From positions 145,444-209,443 of IMG/VR virus record IMGVR_UViG_3300043446_003193: 64,000 nucleotides of DNA; one strand, 5' to 3'. The notes under the pieces were generated by a model, which was not told where the DNA came from, searched no databases, and saw only the letters and a list, made by a program, of their open reading frames with translations. This document shows positions 20,101-27,963 of this stretch, piece after piece. Made by a program: the position numbers and the translations under genes. Each line of letters opens with the position of its first letter. Within the stretch, counting starts at the first letter, position 1.

Positions 20101-21224
20101 TGTGCATTTTTTTCAGCATCAGATTTTAATTCTACACCAGATAATTTTTGTTCTGGAGGCGGACCTTGTTGGGTATCAGAATCGGTTCCTATTGGAGAAG
20201 TTTTTTCTTTATCTATTTTTCCTTGAGTGGTTTGTCCTTGTTTTGTTGGTTGTCCAGGCTCAGATGGTTTAGCTGCTTGAGTTGCTGCTTTTCCAGGTTC
20301 TTCTTTTTTCTTTGGTTGATTAGCAGGAGCATCGGCTGGCCCAGCTATTTTAGCAGCTTGAATATGTGCAGGATGCTCTTTAGGTAATCGTAATGCATCT
20401 CTTGCTTTAATTTTCTTTTGTTGTCCTTTTGAATTTGTATATGTTATATCAACGTCTAATGCAGGATTTTCAGCTTCTCCAAAATATTGATTTGTAAATT
20501 CTTCAAACATTTCATTGGTAATGTAGTTTTGAATTATTTCAGAAATAGGATCATATACATAATCATCGTCTGTTGTAGCTACTGCTCTAATTTCTTTATT
20601 CTTTTTTTCAATAGCCTCTACATCTTCTTTTGAAGGGTATCCTCTATATAATTCTTCGTTAAGTTTGGTTGTTATCATTTTGAATATTTCTCTATCAAAT
20701 TTTGGATATGCTTTTAAGAAAAACTTTTTAGCTTTTTCTTTATCATTACTTCCCAATCCTTTTCTAACTTGAGTTCCACTAATTGGATTTGGTTCTGGAG
20801 GGATAGGATATGTATAACCAATTTCATCATAACCATATCCAGATTTTCCGTTATATGGTTTGAAATATTTACCTTGTAACCTTGTTGCATCTTTTTCACC
20901 AACTGCTGCAATATAAGCAGTAGTTTTTCCATCAAACTTTCCAAGTATTTCTACCGGTCTATATGGGTTAGAAACTTTAACAAATTTTGAAGCAGGAACT
21001 CCAAACATTGTAGTTGCTATTTCTTTTTTTTCTTTAAAAGTAAATGGTGATTTATCTGAAGATGTATCATTAGAACTTGCTATATAGACATTTGCTTCTC
21101 CAAACTGAGAAACTAATCTTTGATACGCATCATAATGTCCTCTGTGAAATGGTTGAAAACGACCACCGTATATTACGATAGTTTTTTTAACCTCTGGTTT
21201 ATTCACTTCTTTTATTAAATTCAT
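17139..21224 (-). CDS. 1361-aa multidomain protein: HxGH nucleotidyltransferase + HExxH metallopeptidase-like + ATP-dependent ligase-like domain
   Basis: GGRFQPFHRGH and ISGTQVR; RTLAHEMVH..Q; EKTDG, NIEVI, LVFH, EGLVF, YKLTG ligase-superfamily motifs. Confidence 0.75.
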   Translation of the reverse strand: MNLIKEVNKPEVKKTIVIYGGRFQPFHRGHYDAYQRLVSQFGEANVYIASSNDTSSDKSPFTFKEKKEIATTMFGVPASKFVKVSNPYRPVEILGKFDGKTTAYIAAVGEKDATRLQGKYFKPYNGKSGYGYDEIGYTYPIPPEPNPISGTQVRKGLGSNDKEKAKKFFLKAYPKFDREIFKMITTKLNEELYRGYPSKEDVEAIEKKNKEIRAVATTDDDYVYDPISEIIQNYITNEMFEEFTNQYFGEAENPALDVDITYTNSKGQQKKIKARDALRLPKEHPAHIQAAKIAGPADAPANQPKKKEEPGKAATQAAKPSEPGQPTKQGQTTQGKIDKEKTSPIGTDSDTQQGPPPEQKLSGVELKSDAEKNAQKEKSGNTKEGQVKRIQEKVKNWSKEEKQTFSKLLNKKEGHDERRSWGQAIMDKAKGAGHAIMHGLKHEYDTFKTAGSSVKTLMAGGKLDDKQKKALKSVGIKIATTALFAAVGGGLAHGAAGLVKHTAMELIPHAVTEVVATGVGKAAIFAEDIDEASALNIFAAAIAERIENMDITPEIAEKIADSWNNKKMISKFSLNENLSETKQQSIQHFVEFATKRLKLKETPNVTLVGGREFAEVKTSLGGYNPEDKSIYVATEGRLTADILRTLAHEMVHRKQDELGLVRNLEKDGADGSPIENQAHAVAGILMREYGRINKQIYNENVNETIKKVGDKYVVYPKNGGDRLGTHDSLASAKKQLAAIEINKEDVNVDVDTGDTILMGKFKNKKVQVKDIGKDDHGMPTINGRQATTFRKIDEMGSNDVHFKNLIDAYKNSTFRKRINAYLFGNPNGYKANDVARSLRNMGYDEITKMEKELNIKPNFDEQISKLYEDIEMYINEISGLADADSQADGAYLPKGHTRKLDADDGVNKGDDWYYSGGYTQMDFPIADAIWGDEDETQYTVKYSARNLPRFDEKPTEFLKEGLLMEGGAYGHMSHPFDDMDLTFGHLKDIVTKALNGDLGVVREKTDGQALAISWKNGRLIAARNKGHLSNGGASAMGIEDVASKFGGRGGLTDAYNYAMKDLSAAVSALSQKQREKVFGEGTKFMNIEVIWPTSVNVIPYGQALLVFHNCIEYDEKGNAVGKVDGAESVLAGMIKQVNADVQSKYTIQGPPITEIPKSEDLSSKQSKYLSKISKLQSEFGLKDSDNVADYHQSWWDWWITSNAPVKVDKLTKEALIRRWAFGDKSFRLNTISNPKLQDWAMNNDKVNVAKQQKDNIKPFEEIFLGVGADVLEFVGSVLTVHPDKAIRSMKSRLKTVADQVKTSGNPAQIQKLKQELSRLNRLGGIERIVANEGLVFFYNGKTYKLTGTFAPLNQILGIFYE

Positions 21225-21277
21225 GTCTATAAATATCTTAAATGTTGTACTTTTAGCTTTTTAGTAACTTTTTTAAT

Positions 21278-21309
21278 CAAACATAGTGAAAATTTTTGAA
21301 ATTTCCAAT
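21278..21309 (-). promoter_or_regulatory. Bacteroidota sigma70-type promoter (ATTG-N20-TATGTTTG)
   Basis: Perfect TAnnTTTG -7 element; a late motif also lies at 21228-21236. Confidence 0.6.
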
Positions 21310-22697
21310 TAAAGTTTTACATTTATCATCCAAGCATTTTCTGCAAATTGTTCTTTTGATACTAATTCGTATTGAACTTGATTTATACCATCTTCCTTAT
21401 AATTTATTTTTCCTTCCTGCATTTCCTTAACAAATCTTCTTTCGTTTTTTGCAGTTGGTTCACCCTTTATCCATTCTCCATTTACAAATCCCTCACTAGG
21501 ATGTGGTAATGCGTAAAATCTTCCATTTCTTCTATATGGTGTATTATTACTACTTACTTTAAATGTTTCATTTGTTATCTCTACATTATGTATCAATAAA
21601 TCAGAAATTACATTATTTTTATCTTTTAAAAAATCAGATATATTTTCAGGTAAAACTACATCATTGTAAATTTTAATATCTGCAATCTTTCCTTTTAAAT
21701 AATTTGCTATAATTGGATTACATTCACTGCATGGATTTTTACCAATTAAAATATCATTATTATATTTTTTTAATTTACCTTCAAATTCATGCGGTTTATA
21801 TTCCAATGTTTCTGTTCTTGTATTTTTAATTAAATTACTATTACAATAAAAATATATTTTATTTTCTTTAGAGTCTACCGAAACTGTTATCCATGTCCAT
21901 TCTCCAAATCCTCTTTTTATCCATGCATAAATTTGATTATCGTTTTGAGAATATAAAGAAGCGGATATTGCTCTAGAATTATTAAATCCTATAAAATAAG
22001 ATTCTTTTTTATCTATACTTAAAATTGGATATTCTACATATCGTTTATCTTTTATACCTATTAACCATTCTTTATATTTTTCAGGCTGATCTTCAATTTT
22101 ACACAAAATAGATAATGTATGTGATTGGGATAATAATTCCGATATACCAGTATCTTTTGGAATCGTTATATAAGAATTCTCTCCATCAAAATTAAAACAA
22201 GGAATATCATTGTATTCAAAAAATAAATTATCTTCTGTTAATCCTTCAAAACGACATCTCCAAAATAGGTCATCATCTTCCATACCCCAATCCCAATATT
22301 CATTAGAGTAACCATTTGTTGCTTCTACCTGTTCTTTATTCATTAATACAACACCACCGAAGTATTGTTCATAGTTTAATCTATATTTGTATTTAGATAC
22401 GGCGGTTGCAATATGTGTTGGAAACTTGTCTGGATATGAATAATCACAACTATCGTTTTCCGGTAACATATCTACATCGTGAAAAGCAACATAATCACAT
22501 CCATCTTCAAATGCATGTTTGGCTGCAATATTTTTCATCGCACCTCTATTGAATAATTTATCATCCGTTTGGTGTACAATATAAAATTGATGTGGAATTC
22601 CTTTTTTGTTTAAAAATTTTGTAAGATGAGGAACTAACATTTTAAGATGATATTCCCTATCTCTATAAGGAACACATATTCCGAGTTTTTTTATCAT
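21309..22697 (-). CDS. GT7 (beta-1,4-galactosyltransferase-like) glycosyltransferase with inserted LamG/ConA domain
   Basis: VPYRDR, FNRG..KN, HDVD, YFGGV, NGYSN.YW.WG.EDDD; insert FDGENSYI...W..ITV...IGK...LKGKIADIKIYN. Confidence 0.85.
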   Translation of the reverse strand: MIKKLGICVPYRDREYHLKMLVPHLTKFLNKKGIPHQFYIVHQTDDKLFNRGAMKNIAAKHAFEDGCDYVAFHDVDMLPENDSCDYSYPDKFPTHIATAVSKYKYRLNYEQYFGGVVLMNKEQVEATNGYSNEYWDWGMEDDDLFWRCRFEGLTEDNLFFEYNDIPCFNFDGENSYITIPKDTGISELLSQSHTLSILCKIEDQPEKYKEWLIGIKDKRYVEYPILSIDKKESYFIGFNNSRAISASLYSQNDNQIYAWIKRGFGEWTWITVSVDSKENKIYFYCNSNLIKNTRTETLEYKPHEFEGKLKKYNNDILIGKNPCSECNPIIANYLKGKIADIKIYNDVVLPENISDFLKDKNNVISDLLIHNVEITNETFKVSSNNTPYRRNGRFYALPHPSEGFVNGEWIKGEPTAKNERRFVKEMQEGKINYKEDGINQVQYELVSKEQFAENAWMINVKL

Positions 22698-22699
22698 AA

Positions 22700-23164
22700 C
22701 TATTTTCCTTTAGGAGACACATAAATTGTATCTCTTATAAGTATTTGTTTTTCCGTATAAGGAGCATATACGGATGTATTATAACATTTAATATCTAAAA
22801 AATGACCAGCTTTTGTTGTTGGCATATTGACATATTCTATATTATTTATTTCTATTTCATTTAATTTATAATCTAATATTTTTATATTATTTCCTTCCTT
22901 TATTTGGGTATATAATTCATTTATTCTTATTTCCAATATTTCATCTGATTCATTTTTATATAAAACATATGAATCTGGATGAAAAATAATTCCATCAATT
23001 TTGTAATAGTTTGGTTCTTTCAAAACTTTAGTAAACTCTATTGTTGCGGTTTTATATTTTTCCTCAACAGGGCAATATCCTGTTAATGAGTTTACCTTTG
23101 GCTTTAAATCAATAATATTTTTAATTATTAATTCGTTATATTTTATATTCTCAAATAAATTCAT
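22700..23164 (-). CDS. Hypothetical protein, possibly a degenerate stand-alone Hint domain
   Basis: 154 aa; colinear similarity by eye to the adjacent Hint domain (see findings). Confidence 0.4.
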   Translation of the reverse strand: MNLFENIKYNELIIKNIIDLKPKVNSLTGYCPVEEKYKTATIEFTKVLKEPNYYKIDGIIFHPDSYVLYKNESDEILEIRINELYTQIKEGNNIKILDYKLNEIEINNIEYVNMPTTKAGHFLDIKCYNTSVYAPYTEKQILIRDTIYVSPKGK

Positions 23165-23166
23165 AA

Positions 23167-26100
23167 TTAAGGAGTTATTTTACCACCTGGCCCTAAAACG
23201 TTGTGTACTAATATATTATTTGCAAAGTAAGTATCATTTGTTTCAACATCTAATGAAATAAATTCATCTAATTCATCAACTCTTATTTTTTCTTCAATCA
23301 TTTCCCAGTTACCATCTAAATTATACATCATATCACCAACTATAACGTCTTCTGCTCTTAAAAATTTATATTCATTATCTCTTTTTATAAAAATAGGATG
23401 TTCAAAAGTTATTTTTAATTTATCATTTATTACATAATGATAATGCCAGACTCCACTTGTAACAGATTTTACGGCACTCATAGAATCTACATAATCAAAA
23501 GTATTTGTAGAAAATGTTTTCCATGCATCTTCTTCTTCAGAAAATCCATCAATAGAAATATTTTTTAATAAATCCCCTTCTATCAAATCTTCAACATTTT
23601 TTTCACTACCATCCCACATTAAAATTTTTGTACCTTTTGCTAAACACGTTCCGCCACCTGTACAATCACAACCTGCTCCTGTGTATTTATATATCAAACA
23701 AGAGGAATTTGCTGTTCCAGAACACCCACTTTCAGATACTGCATATATTTCATAATATATTGGGTTATCACATGCAATACTACTTATACTAAAAGCATAT
23801 GATGTACCAAATGAACGAGAACCTTGATTTAATATACTACCTTCCGGTCCATAATCAAATGTACATTTATACCAAACTACATAATAAGTCGCCGCATTTT
23901 GTGCGTTTGCAGTACCTGTTCTGGAAAATGCGTATGTTAAAGTACCACAAGTTGGAGTATCCAATGAAACAGTAGGTGCAGTTATATTTCCAGATGCAGC
24001 TACTGCATTATATGAAATTGCACTATTTGTTGCGGTTGTTGATAATAATGTATCTGATGAATTATATATTTTCGCTCTAAAATACATAGTAGTACCACTT
24101 GTTAGTGATATAAAAGCAGCATAATTAGTATTTGCTGTAATACTTGTAAATGTTTCTGCCGCCGTCCAAGTTGAATTATCCGTACTTTTTTCTATTACCA
24201 ATTTTGTAGCAGTATCAATTTGACCAACCGAATATGTAGCAGTTACTCCACCACATACTACTGATTTAGATACAAATGATAATGTATTTACTACACCTCT
24301 ATTTCTTAATACAATATAATAATCAGTTCCTTGAGAAGTATCTGTTGATGATTTTTGCCCATGTATACGATATGTAGTTGTTACTCCTAAAGTAGCACTA
24401 CTTACAACTCTTGCAGCTAAATAGTAATTACCATTTGTATATGGTAGACTGTTTCCAGAAGTATCACCTGTATTATATAATTGGAAGGTTTTTATATTTA
24501 GCGCACCTTCACCCTGTTGTGGAGATGTATTATCTGCTGTTTCCCAAAGTCCATTATATGTGTTTTGAAACATTCTAAACATACCATATGCGCCGGTTCC
24601 TGGTGCATTTCCGGAATCTACTGATACTGTCATTGTAGTATACGCACCTGGGAAATTACTCCAAGTGTATTTATTATCCATTGATAATACGGTATGTATG
24701 GATGCCAAAGCCTTTGTGTTCGGTTCTAAATTATCAAATGTAATTACAGAAGAATTTGTACTAAATGTACCGCCAGTTCTACCACTCCAGGTATCTAAAT
24801 TTATAATTCTAGTAGGAGTATATGTTGGTCCTTGATATGCGTATATACCATATAGTGTTGCAGGGGTATTTAATGTAAAAGTATAATCTAAATCTTCAAC
24901 TAATTGATTTGCAGTCCAACTAGAATATTTTATTGTACCCCAGTCATCGGTTGCTTTTACTCTCATTTTATATGTACTACCAAAACTCAAACCAGTAAAT
25001 GTAATACCCGATTGTGTTGTAAGAACAGTACCATTAGTATCTGCTATTTGGTATTCAACTGTTATATTATCAGCAGTTAAATCAATAGTTCCATCATTTG
25101 AATCATATGTTAATAATCCTGCATATATACTCATTTCAGTATATCCTTTTGTAAATGCTACACTAGGAGTTCCTGTTATTGATGCTAATCTTTTACCCTT
25201 TACTGTTATTGAAATATCTTTAGACCTTTCACTACCAGCATTAATATATAAAGTCCATGCATTAGTTGTACCGGAGTAAGTATATAAGTTACCCCACCAT
25301 GTATAAGTTACTGTTCCTCTTGATGAAGAACTTAAAGTAGTTTTTGATGTTGTTGCCAACTTTCTACAAAATGTAGTACTGGTATTTGTTCTTATCAAAT
25401 AAGTGCCATTATACGGGTTTGCACCATTAAAACTAAGTGGAGATGCTTGCATTCTATTATTATCTAACCAAACATACCAATATCCACCCTGTGAGTTTGT
25501 CTCAGTTGGACCGTTTGTTGTATATGATGCATCTAATGTAAAATTAACTCCTCTAATAGCATATCCGTCAACAAACCCACTTCCTCCTTTTACCACATCA
25601 ATTGTTCCAGGTTCTCTAGTAACAGTAACTGTTTTATTAGTTAAAGTATGATAATAATATAATCCTGAACTTATTGTATATGTTAAATAAACCGAACCAT
25701 ATCCATCACCAATTGTAGATGAATTACAAATTGCATCATATAAACTAAGTGCAGAAAAAGAAAAAGAAGCTACTGAATCTGGGTCTATTTGTGCATCAGT
25801 TAAACTTTGTCCTCCCGCACTTCCCCCATTTGGATAATATGCATCCAATCTTGCAGATATTTTAGTGAAATTGCCAGATGATCTGGTTACTGAAAAAACA
25901 ACAGACTGAACTTGAGAAAGTGTACCGGAATTTATGTTAGATGTTAAAGAATATCCGTATCCTTGATTTGGATACCCATATACTGTCACACTTGTTTCAT
26001 TAAAATCAGATTGTCTATATGTACCACCAGATGCTTTTACATGATAATACCAAGTTTGATCAGCAGATGGAGCAGTCCAACCATTATGTGCTGTTGTATA

Positions 26101-27963
26101 AGTACCACTATTCAAATCTGCATAAGTTCCTCCAGACCCTACTTTGTATTGAAAGTTATCATAAGTAAATGCAGTTGCTAATGATTTTGTTATACTAATA
26201 GAACCATTTGAATATTCTCTTCCAGTTACCCAACTTGCACCCAATCCAATTTGACTTTGATTTATTTTAAAACGAACACTAAAATTATCAGTTAATACAA
26301 ATCCATTTCCATCTGTAATTGTGGCCGTATGTGTTGATGTTCCATCATTTGCAGATGTCGCAGGATTATTAACAGTTATAGTAATTACTCCAGATGCCGT
26401 TTTTGCTCCTGATGCGGAAACCGTGCTATCGGTTGACGTAGCAGAAACACTTGTAACAGAAAATCCATTATCATTTGAACCATTAATAGTAACCGTTCCT
26501 GTAAAAGTTCTATTAGCTCCTGTTAAAACATAATCTTGATCATCAATTGTTAAAACTCCCTTTTGTGGTATTAATATATCTCCGGTTTCTGTATATCCGG
26601 ATACAAATGTAGAATTGCCATCGCTTCTTCTTGCTCTTACTCTTGCTTTTGCATATTGTGCAGTTGTAGTTTTACCTGCAATAGTTACCGAAGGTGTTAC
26701 ATTTGTACCGGCTGCAACCAAAGAAGTCCATGCTCCATAAGAACCACCACTATCTTTAACAGCATAATCTATATCATAATTTAAAGTAGTTCCACTTACA
26801 GCTGCAGTCAAAGCAGTGACCGTTACACCAAATGATTGTCCAAAAGCAGAATATGCTGCACTAATAGATGGTGAAACCATAGCAACAGTTACATTCGTAG
26901 TTGTATGATTTCTAACACTACTATTACTACTATTTGTAATATTTACTCTAAGAGATTGACTACCTAAAGTATTATAATAAATTGATAAATTTTGAGAAGT
27001 TGATGTAGAAATACTTGCTCCTGTTAATACCCAATTATAAGATATTGCAATAGAATCGGGATTATATAAAACTGTTGAAGTAACAGAATATGCAACAAAA
27101 GGTTCTACACTCGTAGAAGCACCAATTGATACCGCCATTGGTCTTCTAAATGTAGTTGCCGTAGTACTTGCCGTATCAAATGGGTTTGCCGAATCTTTGA
27201 CCACAATAGTATAATCATCATCGGCCGTATTACTTGAATTATTAAAAGTTGCAGTATTTACATCTGCAGAACCATAACCTGCTCCATTAAAATTATAATA
27301 ATACGGAGAAACACCACCTGCAACATTCACAGTAAAATCTACGGAACCGGTAGTATAATTATACGTTCCTGCGCCAGTAAATGATGGAGAAGTTGTAACT
27401 GATGTAATTGTTAAATCAACTGCATTTACAAAAACTGTTTTAGAATCATTTGCTTGTTTATTTGAAGAGTTTATTCTAAGTTCTAATCGTAATGTGTTTG
27501 TAGAATTTGGTACAATATATGTATTACTATTATCAACATAAAAGTCAGAAGCATTAGTTACATTTCCGGTAAGAGTTGCAGGAAATACATTTGTTCCAGT
27601 ATATACACCATTTACCCAGATTTTAATATATGCCGTTTCTCCGGACTGCATACCCGTCACAGTATATGTAAAATCTAATCTTTTACCTGATTGAGCATTT
27701 GTATTAGCAGGACTAGTTAAAGTATTTATTGTAATTGCAGGAACTTTACCTTCAAATTCTACAAACTCATATTGACTTCCAGTAGGCCTTGCTCCAGTAC
27801 TTGGGTTTAATACTCCGACAGTATTTGGTAAATCTCTGACAGTATTTGGGTCAACTGTACCGGTCAAAAATTGATTTGCAACATATGAACCACTTACTGT
27901 CGTAGTTGCAGTGTTAAGACCGGCAGAAGAACCTAAATCTCCAATTCGTATATTACTTGCCAT
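23167..27963 (-). CDS. Long Ser/Thr-rich fibre/adhesin (Ig/FN3-like beta repeats) with C-terminal Hint (BIL/hedgehog-like) domain
   Basis: Beta-rich T/S/G composition; GGGT/CLAKGTKI...TFEHP...SLDVE...YFANNILVHN at 23200-23646. Confidence 0.8.
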   Translation of the reverse strand: MASNIRIGDLGSSAGLNTATTTVSGSYVANQFLTGTVDPNTVRDLPNTVGVLNPSTGARPTGSQYEFVEFEGKVPAITINTLTSPANTNAQSGKRLDFTYTVTGMQSGETAYIKIWVNGVYTGTNVFPATLTGNVTNASDFYVDNSNTYIVPNSTNTLRLELRINSSNKQANDSKTVFVNAVDLTITSVTTSPSFTGAGTYNYTTGSVDFTVNVAGGVSPYYYNFNGAGYGSADVNTATFNNSSNTADDDYTIVVKDSANPFDTASTTATTFRRPMAVSIGASTSVEPFVAYSVTSTVLYNPDSIAISYNWVLTGASISTSTSQNLSIYYNTLGSQSLRVNITNSSNSSVRNHTTTNVTVAMVSPSISAAYSAFGQSFGVTVTALTAAVSGTTLNYDIDYAVKDSGGSYGAWTSLVAAGTNVTPSVTIAGKTTTAQYAKARVRARRSDGNSTFVSGYTETGDILIPQKGVLTIDDQDYVLTGANRTFTGTVTINGSNDNGFSVTSVSATSTDSTVSASGAKTASGVITITVNNPATSANDGTSTHTATITDGNGFVLTDNFSVRFKINQSQIGLGASWVTGREYSNGSISITKSLATAFTYDNFQYKVGSGGTYADLNSGTYTTAHNGWTAPSADQTWYYHVKASGGTYRQSDFNETSVTVYGYPNQGYGYSLTSNINSGTLSQVQSVVFSVTRSSGNFTKISARLDAYYPNGGSAGGQSLTDAQIDPDSVASFSFSALSLYDAICNSSTIGDGYGSVYLTYTISSGLYYYHTLTNKTVTVTREPGTIDVVKGGSGFVDGYAIRGVNFTLDASYTTNGPTETNSQGGYWYVWLDNNRMQASPLSFNGANPYNGTYLIRTNTSTTFCRKLATTSKTTLSSSSRGTVTYTWWGNLYTYSGTTNAWTLYINAGSERSKDISITVKGKRLASITGTPSVAFTKGYTEMSIYAGLLTYDSNDGTIDLTADNITVEYQIADTNGTVLTTQSGITFTGLSFGSTYKMRVKATDDWGTIKYSSWTANQLVEDLDYTFTLNTPATLYGIYAYQGPTYTPTRIINLDTWSGRTGGTFSTNSSVITFDNLEPNTKALASIHTVLSMDNKYTWSNFPGAYTTMTVSVDSGNAPGTGAYGMFRMFQNTYNGLWETADNTSPQQGEGALNIKTFQLYNTGDTSGNSLPYTNGNYYLAARVVSSATLGVTTTYRIHGQKSSTDTSQGTDYYIVLRNRGVVNTLSFVSKSVVCGGVTATYSVGQIDTATKLVIEKSTDNSTWTAAETFTSITANTNYAAFISLTSGTTMYFRAKIYNSSDTLLSTTATNSAISYNAVAASGNITAPTVSLDTPTCGTLTYAFSRTGTANAQNAATYYVVWYKCTFDYGPEGSILNQGSRSFGTSYAFSISSIACDNPIYYEIYAVSESGCSGTANSSCLIYKYTGAGCDCTGGGTCLAKGTKILMWDGSEKNVEDLIEGDLLKNISIDGFSEEEDAWKTFSTNTFDYVDSMSAVKSVTSGVWHYHYVINDKLKITFEHPIFIKRDNEYKFLRAEDVIVGDMMYNLDGNWEMIEEKIRVDELDEFISLDVETNDTYFANNILVHNVLGPGGKITP

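Noticed and set aside
21227-21280. 17-codon upstream ORF (TTG-IKKVTKKLKVQHLRYL) resembling the endonuclease N-terminus KKVTKK
   Set aside because: Start overlaps the -7 element and the similarity is low-complexity; probably chance
23200-23646. Canonical intein
   Set aside because: The +1 residue is Val, there is no endonuclease and only a 10-aa C-flank; treated as a BIL-type Hint
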